Shown: in pieces, positions 26,347 to 37,992 of the stretch
How positions within the stretch are numbered: position 1 is the first letter of the stretch
Layout of the letters: the number at the start of each line of letters is the position of its first letter
Source of the DNA: Octopus vulgaris
Lineage: Eukaryota
DNA: 64,000 nucleotides
Assembly (NCBI GenBank): GCA_951406725.2
Contig: OX597823.1
Location: 117,986,001 to 118,050,000, forward strand
Direction: 5' to 3'
Notes under the pieces: generated by a model
Database searches by the model: none
Told to the model about the DNA's origin: nothing
Seen by the model: the letters and a program-made list of their open reading frames with translations, nothing else
Position numbers and translations under genes: made by a program

Positions 26347-26825
26347 TTTCTTTATTAGCCACACAGGGCTGCACACAGACGGGACAAATTACAAAGTAGA
26401 GCTTTTCTTTTTTTTGAAAAAAAAAAGTGGGGGTAGGTTTTCGATCAAAAGGGATCGTAAAAAGGAAAGAAAAGAAAAAAAATGATCAATAGGGATCGTG
26501 TATCACAGAAATGTCATGATGTAAAGTGTAAAGGGGGAAGTAGATGAGGTTTATCCGTGGAAAGAAAAGCCTACGGAAAAGACCATGGTAACCTCGGTCA
26601 ATAATGTCACATGTTAGCACATTTATTTGCAAACTCTCTGTTTTAAATTTTTCCGGGTTCATAGGATTATGCTCAAGGTGGCTTCACCATTCATACAAGC
26701 CATCCTTGCTACATTCACCCGTCTTTTTTTGAAACATTCGCTAGACAAACTTGCCTCTCTACTCTCACTTTTCTTTTCAAGTGATACTTGAAGAAGTTGA
26801 TGAGAGATTGACCAGAGAGGAAAGT
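26347..26825 (-). mobile_element. LINE 3' fragment (possibly Tx1/L1-like) inside a decayed MITE
   Basis: Minus strand FLSGQSLINFFKYHLKRKVRVERQV, then T-rich UTR ending ctaataaagaaac; clade assignment tentative. Confidence 0.4.
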
Positions 26826-28237
26826 AGCTCATAGCTTCAAAATTTCAATGATATTATTGTTTATTCTTAGAATGAAATTGTCCGGTAGATGTCAGAGATC
26901 AGGTCAGGCCAGTTTGACTTAAAACAGGTTGAATATTTGGGCCAGATATGGTCAGTTTAATTGCTAAGGGGCTAAACAGAAGTTTAGCTGTTTCCACTGT
27001 CTTTTGGTGTTTTTGCTTGGCAACAACTATGTGCCAGTAGTTTTATTTCACTCTCTCTTTCTTTCTCCTTTAGCTTTTAAGTAGCCATTAGCGCTTTGTT
27101 TTGCCTCGATAGAATGGAATCCACTCTCTTTCAGCTGTTACAAATCGTGCGACACTTAAGTTGAATGAAAAATCTTTTGGCGATGTCATTTACCACCAGT
27201 ATAAAAATATGTATGTTATCAGATTTTGTTGGGTTTTTTTCACCTCTATACAATTGCCATAATCAGGTTATGCACTTTTGTTCTTATAAATGTAAAAATA
27301 TGTATGGAAGCTTTCTACCAGACATTATAAAACACAGGAACATGGATATACATTTCCTTAACACATTAAGCACACCTAACATTTTATTAATATTATACAG
27401 CCTAACTTTTTATTAATTTTTCACTGTATTAATGTATTTTTAAACTTTTACTCATAAACCATGTACTACTATTAAATTAGTTTTGGGTTATTAAACACAA
27501 ACAAAGCTGGAAGATTTCTACTGTTGGTATACAGGAAACAAAGCTAAACTGATATATAATTAATTATACATGTGATCCCTGCAAACATTCTTTTAATTTC
27601 CTATAATTTGAAACTAATTTAATATGATCATTTACCTTATAATCTAATATAATCTGCTAAAATAACATTTGATATGATTTGCCTCAATTTCTTCATGTTT
27701 CAGCCAATGTACTACAGGCTTTCTTCGGGTGCTGTCTGTCATATTCAGTATTGTTCTTGAAGTTTGAAGTCAAACACTTTATTAAATCCCACAGCTTGAT
27801 TGTTCTCATTCCATTTGTAAAAAAGAAAAGAAAAAAAACACCAAGTACATAATATAAAGAGTGCTGGTGCCAAGATAAACTGCACTCAGTGTACACTGCA
27901 AAACGGTTGGTGTTAAGTAGGGCAGCTAGCTGTAGAACCTAGTAAAAATTGAGACACAGGAGTAAGATTTGGTCCTCCCACCTACTGGATCTTATTGAGC
28001 CATACAACTTATGACAGCACAAAAAGTTTATGTAAAATTATGATGATGTTCACAAGTACTGAAGTAACTAATATGGTGAATATCCTTGATATGAACAATG
28101 GAATAAGAACAGTCTACCCTAATGGATTTAGTAAAAGTTTTAGTTCAAAATTCTGAGAATATTATTGAATACAACAGTATAGCAGTAAAAACATTGTGTC
28201 TATAATAATCAAGAACAGGATACTAGTCCAAATACAT

Positions 28238-28459
28238 TACTCTTTTACTTGTTTCAGTCATTTGACTGTGGCAATGCTGGAGCACCGCCTTTAGTTGAGC
28301 AAATTGACCCCAGGACTTATTCTTTGTAAGCTTAGTACTTATTCTATCGGTCTCTTTTGCCGAACCGCTAAGCTACGGGGACGTAAACACACCAGCATCA
28401 GTTGTCAAGCGATGTTGGGATAACACACACAGACACACAAACATACACACACACATACA

Positions 28460-28527
<68 letters not shown>

Positions 28528-28757
28528 TAATCCAAACAAGAAAACACAAAAAGACACAACAACGCGAGGACGTGGAACAAATATTGTATTATTGGATGCT
28601 CAGGAAAGAAGGGAAGAAGGAGGGTTTAACGTTTCAAGCGGAGCTCTTCATCGGAAACATAGGAGAAGGGAAGACAGAGGGAAAAAAATCGCCAACGGTA
28701 CACACATATATAACGGTTGGTAAGCAAGCTACTTACCACACAGCCACTCCTACGCCT
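28238..28757 (-). mobile_element. SINE family B interrupted by a ~190-bp foreign insert (28522-28712)
   Basis: SINE 3' part 28238-28520 and head 28715-28757 match 40987-41375; the middle is replaced by unrelated sequence next to (TA)n. Confidence 0.75.
28624..28658 (-). ncRNA. Minimal hammerhead-ribozyme-like motif (Penelope-type)
   Basis: Minus strand gttt-CCGATGA-agagc-tcc-gctt-GAAA-cg-T-T-aaac: stem I gttt/aaac, stem II gagc/gctt, palindromic ACGT stem III; U4 position is C. Confidence 0.45.
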
Positions 28758-28860
28758 ATACATTAGTGTATAACGATTGATATGATGTGTTAAATTATGT
28801 TTTAAATAAATTCATTTCATTAAAATTTAAAAGAAATTTTCCTTTGTATTTTATTTCCAG

Positions 28861-28961
28861 ATGTGGAACCTCGTGATCTCAAAATATTAGGAAGAAATCT
28901 CCATTTACCTGTCACATGTCGACGGCTGTTGGATACTTCCTTTAAAGCAATGTGTTGTGAA
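28861..28961 (+). CDS. AFG1L: AFG1-like ATPase exon 10
   Basis: ttccag| (D)VEPRDLKILGRNLHLPVTCRRLLDTSFKAMCCE |gtaagc; GR.L..P and F..LC-like motifs. Confidence 0.92.
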
Positions 28962-29362
28962 GTAAGCATTACATTCTGAATGTCCACCCTTTTTGTCCCG
29001 AGATGTACACAGGATTGTTTTGCGAGAAACGCGTTTAGATGCTATATCAATCAGCTTTGTTTTGTTGTTTCTGGTATTATTTTAGTGTTTATTGTGAAAA
29101 GTATGTGCTATGTGAGTTGCATTATCTTGTTGGGGGTTGACTGCATTTCGTATGTGTTGTGCTAAGTGCTTTGATTTCTGACAGTGATTATGTAGAGTAC
29201 ACTGTGCTGTTTGACAATTGTGTAGAATGCGAATCGTGTAATTTGTTGGTGTTAAAATGTCAGATAGTAATTAATGTGTTGTTATTTTTTTGGATGGACT
29301 TTGTGTGTTGTGCAAGTGTCTTCCATAGAATTTGGGCTGTGCTTAGCAGGGTAGTAGTAATT

Positions 29363-29386
29363 GCTGTTGTTGTTGTTGTTGTTGTT

Positions 29387-29458
<72 letters not shown>

Positions 29459-29486
29459 GCTGCTGCTGTTGTTGTTGTTGTTGTTG
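29363..29486. repeat. Compound trinucleotide microsatellite (GTT)(CTT)(ATT)(GCT)(GTT)
   Basis: Directly visible in-phase succession of triplet runs. Confidence 0.95.
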
Positions 29487-30563
29487 AGATGGTAAGTTGG
29501 TAAAAATTGTTGGGCATATCAGACAAGATGCTTTGCAGCATTTCTTCTCTCTCTTTGTGTTCTGAGTTCAAAACTTTACCTTTCATCTTTTTGAGTCAAT
29601 AAATGAAATACCAGTTGAGCACCTGGGTCAATCTAATTAACTGTCCCCATCATCTAAAATTGTTGGCCTCGTGCTAACATTTGATTCTATTATTACTATA
29701 TGTTTCTTATTTAGACACAAGGCCAACGATTTTGAAGAGAAGGGTTACCCAATGCCATGCACCCCTGCACTCAGCTGGTAATTATTTTTATGGACCCAAA
29801 TGGATGAAAAGCAAAGTTGACTCCAGCAGGATTTGAACTGAGTGCAAGAAGTGCTAGAACAAGTACCACAACTCAATTTTTCTGTTGCCCTAACTATTCT
29901 GCCAGCACACAATCTTCCTTTGACTGGGAAGGGCCGGCAGTTTTTATCTGTCTGATGGCCTTGTTGAAAGAGGTTCCTCTTAGGCTAAGCCCACACCTCA
30001 ATATATTTTGAAGTTATACTTGAAAAGGAAAATGATGGGGAAGAGAGAAGTGTTGCCTCCCAGTGTGTAATGGAAAGCTTGGACTGAGTGGATAGGTTTG
30101 CTCTAGCCATCCACCTGTAGATTGGGGGAGGAGAGCTAAGATATGATACAATTTCCTTCTATTTTATTCCTTCCTTAGCTTTGTTTCATATAATCAACAA
30201 AAAGATAAGTACTATTACAAACAAAATAAGGGACTGGCTGCTCTTTGAAAGATTCCTCTTCTGATCAGTATATTTGCTAATCTTTCCTCTCCTGATGGTT
30301 AAACTCTATTCTTCAATGCATTTTCTAACAGCCATCTAATATTTTTTTGATGTGTTGAACAGTTCTAGGTAATGTTTGATTCACAAGTATGAGACTAAAC
30401 GATATGCCTTTCTATAATCAATCCACACAATGCATAGATTTGTCATTCTCCTTCTGTGAATCCTCAAAACCACCTTGTTGATCATTAATTTGGTCCTTCA
30501 TTCCCTTAAACAGACTTTGTTGTTTGTTGTTATTATTTCGTTATAATGTATGACAGAGCGTAA

Positions 30564-31378
30564 GTGTCTTAGAAGAATAGTTTGAAATAAGAGGCATCAG
30601 GTGTGGTGTGCAAGAGAGACAACTGCACTGGTATGGTCACGTGAGGCATATGGACGAGGACAGCTGTGTAAAGAAGTGCTGATCTCTAACTGTAGAGGGA
30701 ACCTGTAGTAGAGGTAGACCCTGGACGAGGTGGTGAAGCATGATCTTTGAACATTGGACCTCACAGAGGCAATGACTAGTGACCAAGACCTTTGGGAATA
30801 TGCCTTGCTTGAGAAGACCCATCAAGCCAAGTGATATTGTAGTAATGACTGATGCTGGTGCCGTGTAACTGGCACATGAAAAGCACCATTCACACGTTTG
30901 ACCTCACAGAGGCAATGTGGCCGATGCCTGTGTCACATAACTGGCACCTGTGCCAGAGATGCATAAGAAGCACCATTCGGACATTGCACCCCATGGAAGC
31001 AATGTAGCCAAAGCCGGTGTCATGTAACTGGTGCCCGTGCTGGTGGTATGTAAAAATACCATTCAAATGTTGGGCCTTATGTGGTTGATGCCAGTGAAAT
31101 GTAATTGGCACCTGTGCCAGTGACATGTAAAACGCATCATTCGAGCGTTAACCCACACAGAGGCAATGTGGCTGATGTCTGTGTCACATAACTGGTACCC
31201 ATGCTGCTGGCAGGTAAAAGCACTTATTACTCCTGGAGTGGTTGGTGTTAGGAAGGGCATCCAGCTGTAGAAATACCAAATCAGACTGGAGACTGGTGTA
31301 GCCCCTCAGCTTACCAGCCCTGGTCAAACCATCCAACCCCCCCATGCCAGCATGGACAACAAACATTAAATGATGATG
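30564..31378 (+). mobile_element. RTE-clade LINE 3' part with internal tandem repeats
   Basis: Decayed ORF end (W.GHV.RMDE...VEGTCSRGRP), several diverged ~60-80-bp units, then the GAT-tailed terminus. Confidence 0.75.
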
Positions 31379-31598
31379 AATGTGGCAACAGAAGATATTT
31401 TATTTTACTAACACTGCTCATGTCCCTGGTGAAAGCAGGAATATTATAATGATCGATTTTTGCTTCCTTTAAAATACAAGACCCGGTGACTCATGAAAGG
31501 AAAGTATCCTGATAAAGAGCAACATAAAATAAAGGGTTAGTTGCAATTGAAGTGAATCTCTGAGCAGATTCTAGCTCTTTCATTTTAATTTCCTCCTT

Positions 31599-32165
31599 AT
31601 CATCATCATCATCATCGTTTAACGTCCACTTTCCATGCTAGCATGGGTTGGACGATTTTGACTGAGGGCTGGCGAACCAGATGGCTGTACCAAGCTCCAA
31701 TCTTGATCTGGCAAAGTTTCTACAGCTGGATGCCCTTCCTAATACCAACCACTCCGAGAGTGTTGTGGGTGCTCTTTACGTACCACCGGCATGGGGGCCA
31801 GTCAGGTGGTACTGGCAACAACCTCGCTCGAATCTTTTTACACATGCCACTGGCACAGGTGCCAGTAAGGCAACGTTGGTAACGATCACGCTCGAATGAT
31901 GCCCTTTTACGTGTCACTGGCACAGAAGCCAGTTGGCTGCTCTGGCAACAATCACGCTTGGAAGGTGCTCTTGGTACCCTACTAGCACGGGCACAAGTGC
32001 CAGCGAAGACCTGTTGAGGCAAGTGAAATCAATCAAAATCAAAATCGATGACTGGCATCCGTGCTAGCAGGGTGCATAGAGCACCATACGAGCGTGATCA
32101 TTGACAGAGCGGCTAACCGGCTTCCGTGCCAGTGGCACTTAAAAGGCACCTTTCGGGCGTGATCT
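31599..32165 (-). mobile_element. RTE-clade LINE 3' end
   Basis: (CAT)n, then reverse complement of the tail and internal tandem units. Confidence 0.75.
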
Positions 32166-32228
32166 TTAAGACAAGCATAAATATCAAGAAATAATTGTTT
32201 TCTTATCAATATACCATTGTTGTTTCAG

Positions 32229-32369
32229 GCTCTTGGCGCCATAGATTACTTAGAGATATGTCGACATTTTGATGTTATTATTTTACGTAATGTTCCAGCC
32301 ATGTCCTTGAACAACAGGACAGCAGCACGCCGATTTGTCACCTTAATAGATACATTATATGATAACCAA
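32229..32369 (+). CDS. AFG1L: AFG1-like ATPase exon 11
   Basis: tttcag| ALGAIDYLEICRHFDVIILRNVPAMSLNNRTAARRFVTLIDTLYDNQ |gtaagt; LGA.DYL and ARRF.TLID.LYD motifs. Confidence 0.96.
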
Positions 32370-32504
32370 GTAAGTTAACTTCTTTTTCTTCTTTATAATA
32401 GATTGTTTGTTGAATGTAAACACAATCATCTTCTTCATGGATTTAACATTTACTTTCTCCTACTACAATATGGAATGTATGATAATACCTTCAACGAATC
32501 TCAT

Positions 32505-32863
32505 TGTGGTAAGTAGCTTGCTTACCAACCACATGGTTCCGGGTTCAGTTCCACTGCGTGGCACCTTGGGCAAATGTCTTCTACTATAGCCTCGGGCCGA
32601 CCAAAGCCTTGTGAGTGGATTTGGTAGACGGAAACTGAAAGAAGCCCATGGTATATATGTATATATATATATATGTGTGTGTGTGTGTTTGTGTTTGTCC
32701 CCCCAACATAGCTTGACAACCGATGCTGGTGTGTTTACATCCCCGTCACTTAGTGGTTTGGTAAAAGAGACCGATAGAATAAGTCCTGGGGTCGATTTGC
32801 TCGACTAAAGGCGGTGCTCCAGTATGGCCACAGTCAAATATGACTGAAACAAGTAAAAGAGTA
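32505..32863 (+). mobile_element. tRNA-derived SINE, family B (slightly 5'-truncated)
   Basis: Matches 40987-41375, including accttgggcaa.tgtcttctac and the internal (TA)/(TG) tract. Confidence 0.8.
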
Positions 32864-33387
32864 ATGCTTGTCACATGCCAATTTTTCATGCATCTTGACT
32901 GTTTCATCTAAGAGATACAGCACTCTCAATTTTGTAATACATACTTCTTTCAAAGCCTTCCTTAACCTACTTCTACCACAAGTAGAAGTAGACCAAAGAA
33001 CACTACATCAACACCAAAAAATTTTTATACACAAGTCAACAAGGAGCCTGAATGCTGTTCAAATCTCACCCTATTATCTTACAAGGGAAAGTGTACTTTA
33101 GACAAAGAGATCTTAAAAGCAAACTGCTCCAATCTGAGATATCTTTGATTATAAGTTTGCTCAATGAAGCTGACCCAGGGCTGAACAACAACTTTTTTTT
33201 TACCTAACTTGATCATTTATTTCCAGTACATATCTATACCAATGAAATTGTCTTTCTTGATACATCCACTGATACTTCTGCTATCATTAACAGACCACCA
33301 CCATCATTCATACTCTCTCTTCTGTTTCAGTCATGTTTGCCTTGAAGAAATGAAGACAATCTGCCTAGTTGCTGATGCTACATAAAA

Positions 33388-33590
33388 TCATCATCATCAT
33401 CGTTTAACGTCTGTTTTCCGTGCTAGCAAGGGTTGGATGGTTCAACCGGGGTCTGGGAAGCCAGGTGGCTGTACCAGGCTCCAGTCTGATCTGGCAGTGT
33501 TTCTACAGCTGGATGCCCTTCCTAACGCCAACCACTCCATGAGTGTAGTGGGTGCTTTTTACGTGCCAGAGGAGGCTGGCAGTGGCCATG
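33388..33590 (-). mobile_element. RTE-clade LINE 3' end
   Basis: (CAT)n plus reverse complement of the tail. Confidence 0.7.
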
Positions 33591-34501
33591 TGCTCTGGTA
33601 AATGATGAGGAACAATATAGAGTAGAGTGGGTCTCTTTAGCCTTTCCAAGCAATGGGACAGCCTATCTAGTGCTGATTCTTCGATAAAATGCACTCAATA
33701 CATTGTAAAGTAATTGGTGTTAGGAAAAGCATCTGGCTATAGAAACTACACTAAAAATTGAGAAATAAGTGAGTTGTGGTTCTGTGGCTCATGTAGGAGG
33801 GCCATAACCATGAATAACAACTAACTTAAATGATTACATTCTGACCAATCAAATACCAGAATGAAAATCAGGTATGAAATGATAAAGCTATGTGCTATAA
33901 GCTTCTACACAGTTCCTGTCTTTCAGATTCCTCTCACAAGGAATTGATGAACCTGTGGCTACATTTGAAAACACCTGTCCAAGGTATCTCTGAGTGGGAT
34001 TGAACTCAGAACCATGTGGCTTACATTAATGTTATTGATGTTGTCATTGAATTGATACAAAATTGTGAGAAAAATTTGGTTAAGAAGCAAATTCTGGGGA
34101 GATATAGTTTGGAATTAAAAAATAACTGGAGGAAGGGTTTAGTTTAAAGTATTGGAAACGAGAGAGAGTGGTGGTGCCACGAAGATGAGAAAGGAATGGT
34201 TTTCTTGAGATTCTAATGCAGTAAGAAAGCTGAGAGGATCTGTATAAATTGTGGTACAGACAGAAGAGGGCACAATTGAAGAGTTGTTAGGAGAAGTGAT
34301 TGGGTAAGGGGATAAAAGTTAAGATGGGATTAATGCTAGTAATGCCCAGGTTTTGATTTAATAAATTGTACAACCTTCTGAAGAAATTAGCCTTATGCTT
34401 ATCACATCTGAACATTATTCCTTGAAGTTGAGAATGACAAGTAACAAGTGTCACACTTACAGCATTAAACATTCGTTTTTGTTTTGTTTCTACAATTTCA
34501 G

Positions 34502-34618
34502 GTGAAGTTGATCATTTCAGCTGAAGTGAAACTGTCCCTGATATTTTATATTGGCGAATTCAATGTGAAATGCCAACAAGATCACAGTATGTTGATGGAT
34601 GATCTAGGGATTCATTCG
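34502..34618 (+). CDS. AFG1L: AFG1-like ATPase exon 12
   Basis: tttcag| VKLIISAEVKLSLIFYIGEFNVKCQQDHSMLMDDLGIHS |gtgagt; LMDDLG motif. Confidence 0.92.
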
Positions 34619-35050
34619 GTGAGTATGTCTTGAATTTACAAAAATGTCAGTAGCTCATGTGGTGGAGAACAATTCTGAAGAAACACAAAGACTTCTTGGA
34701 GAAATCTTTGTACTTCTTTGTATAATCAGCATTCAATTTTTCAAGGCTTCTTCCACTTTGTAAAGAACTAAAAGACTCACAGAGAAGATGGGTAAACTGG
34801 CTTTTCAGTACCAATTCACCTATAATCTCTGTAACAGGTATTATCTTCCTCTTAAAAGTTTTTTTAATCAGTGAGGCCAACAATTGATAAGAATGTCCCT
34901 TTTCTGAAAGCTTTGATTACAAATTCGAAAGACATCTTTATATCCATCTGTTTCTTAGAATATAACAAATGATTCTAATGATATAAGGCCACACGTTTGT
35001 AGGAAAGCGTTATATTTGGTTGAGTTGACCTTGATATATGACAAGGAAGC

Positions 35051-35441
35051 ACGCCGGGCGAAATGCTTAGCGGTATTTCGTCTGCTGTTACGTTCTGAGT
35101 TCAAATTCCGCCAAGGTCAACTTTGCCTTTCATCCTTTCGGGATCGATAAATTAAGTACCAGTTACGCACTCGGGTTGATGTAATCAACTTAATACCTAT
35201 GTCTGTCCTTGTTTGTCCTCTCTATGTTTAGCCCCTTGTGGGTAATAAAGAAATAGGTATTTCATCTGCCGTTACGTTCTGAGTTCAAATTCCGCCAAGG
35301 TCGACTTTGCCTTTCATCCTTCCGAGGTCGATTAAATAAGTACCAGTTACGCACTGGAGTCGATATAATCGACTTAATCCGTTTGTCTGTCCTTGTTTGT
35401 CCCTTCTGTGTTTAGCCCCTTGTGGGTAGTAAAGAAATAGG
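35051..35441 (+). mobile_element. Dimeric SINE family A with one TSD
   Basis: TSD tatatgacaaggaagc (35035-35050 / 35442-35457); junction aaataggtat|ttcatctgcc. Confidence 0.85.
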
Positions 35442-35592
35442 TATATGACAAGGAAGCTACTATGCTATTACTTGAACTGCAAGAGTTAACTAAGCAACAA
35501 TAACTAAACATTAGATAATATCACTCTGGAATTATTGTTATTTGTAGGCAAAAATCAACCCTGGTGAGATTTAAACTCAATATTGTAAGCTA

Positions 35593-35920
35593 ATCATCAA
35601 CATCATCATCATTTAATGTCCGTTTTCCATGCTAGCATGGGTTGGACGGTTCAACTGGGGTCTGGAAGCCATGGAGGCTGCACCAGGCTCCAGTCTGATT
35701 TGGCAGAGTTTCTACAGTTGGATGCCCTTCCTAACGCCAACCACTCCATGAGTGTAGTGGGTATTTTTTACGTGCCACCAGCACAGGGGCCAGAGCAGGC
35801 TGGCAAGTGGCCACGATCGGTTGGTGCTTTTACCTGTCACGGACGCCAGCCAGGCGGCGTTGGCATCTGCCACGTTTGGATGGTGCTTTTTATGTGTCAC
35901 CGGCACAGGTGTCTTAACTA
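35593..35920 (-). mobile_element. RTE-clade LINE 3' end
   Basis: (CAT)n plus reverse complement of the tail with 2-3 internal units. Confidence 0.7.
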
Positions 35921-36146
35921 CATTTAAATTTATGTGAAATGGACTGTGAATATTGAGGTACTTTTTCGTCAGAGATTTAGTTTAGTTGGATACAGACAGT
36001 TATTGTTTGGATAGTTAATCCAGCTACAGCTCTCATTAGTATTCATCGTGAAGAAAAGTATTAGCATCACAACTTCCTATTTTCTCACTGCCTATATAAC
36101 AGCTCATACATAGAAAATTTTATTTTATTTTCAGTTGTTATCAATA

Positions 36147-36594
36147 TCTATAAAGCTGAAATGTGAAAAAGTTGTTTGATTTCTTGGTTATTTGTCTCAT
36201 TTTGGGATGGGAACGGTTTAAGGGGCAGTAGATGGGGTTGGATTGGCACCAAAATTTACAATGGGGGGTAAAATGGGGTGGGCAATGGTGTAAGGAGGGT
36301 TGCAAGTCGCTCGGGGCTACCATTTGGTTGCCATATGGGAAAAATTGAGTTTTATGGGATAGACAGGTTGCGCTGATTGAATAATGGTGGCTTTTCGTGT
36401 TGCTGCAGGGGCTAGAGGTGGTTATCTTTAAATGTGGGTGTAAAAATTTGGGGGATTTTGGAAAGGGGGGGGGTAAAGAAGAGGGCAATAAAAAGAACCA
36501 GGCAAAGAAGACAAACAAAAGAAGAAAGGGAAAAGGAGACAATAAGCACAAAACACCACCAAAACCCGAGTGAAGCACGGCTCAAAATAGCTAG
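36147..36594 (+). mobile_element. Non-autonomous Helitron-like element
   Basis: A|TCtataaagctgaa start (alternative TC at 36141), subterminal GC-rich cccgagtgaagcacgg, CTAG|T end; G-rich interior unlike the flanks. Confidence 0.65.
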
Positions 36595-37024
36595 TCTTTA
36601 TTATATTTTCTAATGTGCAAAGGTAATTTATTTTCTTTTTGGCCACAATAATATAGGCCTGCTGTAATGACTTTCCTATAATGCATTTTCCTATAGGAAG
36701 AATACATTATGTAGCCTTGCTAGGTTTATGAATACATTGTATATCCTTGTTAGGCTGACCAATAAATTTTATCTTTCCAATACTGACCAGTAGAATTTAC
36801 TGTAAAGAAAGATGTCTGATTCAGAAGGGTACATAAGTATCTTTTCATCCAAAATTTCATGCAAGCTAACAGCAAAAGGCAGATTCAACACATGGGATTT
36901 GATAAAAGTTTGAACAAATCTTGTGACTAATATTTACCTCATAGTCACCACAAATATATACCTTTTCATTCCCCAACTGCTGCTGTTTCAACATTTTTGG
37001 TTTTTGGAATGTATGATAATACCT

Positions 37025-37436
37025 ATTTTACTACCCACATGGGGCTAAACACAGAGGGGATGAACAAGGACAGGCAAACGGATTAAGTTGATTATATCGA
37101 CCCAGTGCGTAACTGGTACTTATTTAATCGACCCCGAAAGGATGAAAGGCAAAGTCGACCTTGGCGGAATTTGAACTCAGAACGTAGCGGCAGACAAAAT
37201 ACCTATTTCTTTACTACCCATAAGGGGCTAAACACAGAAGGGACAAACAAGGACAGATAAATGGATTAAGTCGATTATATCGACCCCAGTGCGTAACTGG
37301 TACTTATTTAATCGACCCCGAAAGGATGAAAGGCAAAGTCGACCTCGGCGGAATTTGAACTCAGGACGTAACAGCAGACGAAATACGGCTACGCATTTCA
37401 CCCGGCGTGCTAACGATTCTGCCAGCTCACCGCCTT
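37025..37436 (-). mobile_element. Dimeric SINE family A with one TSD
   Basis: TSD atgtatgataatacct (37009-37024 / 37437-37452); same internal junction as the 35051 dimer. Confidence 0.85.
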
Positions 37437-37860
37437 ATGTATGATAATACCTTCAATGAATCTCATTTGTATCAGTTCCTTTTCACTATTTTGGTCACCT
37501 TGACCAAGCTTATGAAACTTACAATATCTATATACCTAGTCATGAGCAAACGCAGAAAGCATATACCATCATTAACATATCAATAACATGTTTGCAATAT
37601 ACAGTATCCATGATATACAATATTTATAGTTCACTCTTTGTTTTAATGCTAGCATTTTCACACTACTATATTTTATGCTGAAGTTCTGCTTGGTGAACTT
37701 TGCCTTTCATTTCCCCAAGTTGGATAAAATAATTACCATTGGCTACAGGCCTTTAATAAAAAACAATTTTGTTATTTGTGTTGATAATATTTTATGGATA
37801 ATGATCAATATCATAACATCCTATCATAATATTTATTTATTTATTTTTGTATTTATGCAG

Positions 37861-37992
37861 CATAGTGATTTGGCTCAGTCTAGTATATTTACTGGAGAAG
37901 AAGAACTTTTTGCCTTTAGTCGAACAAGGTCACGACTAAGTGAGATGATGACAGAAGAATATTGGAGAATCAAACCAAAGCAACCAACGTAA
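37861..37992 (+). CDS. AFG1L: AFG1-like ATPase exon 13 (terminal coding exon)
   Basis: atgcag| HSDLAQSSIFTGEEELFAFSRTRSRLSEMMTEEYWRIKPKQPT*; hallmark GEEE.FAF.RT.SRL.EM...Y. Confidence 0.96.
   Translation, partial: HSDLAQSSIFTGEEELFAFSRTRSRLSEMMTEEYWRIKPKQPT

Noticed and set aside
27693-27815. Protein-like antisense stretch after a polypyrimidine tract
   Set aside because: The tract ends in ACAA rather than an AG acceptor; no partner exons found
29159-29586. ORFs with poly-I/V/L/R/T runs (also 46876-47383, 51540-51823, 60649-61179)
   Set aside because: Translations of microsatellites or low-complexity DNA
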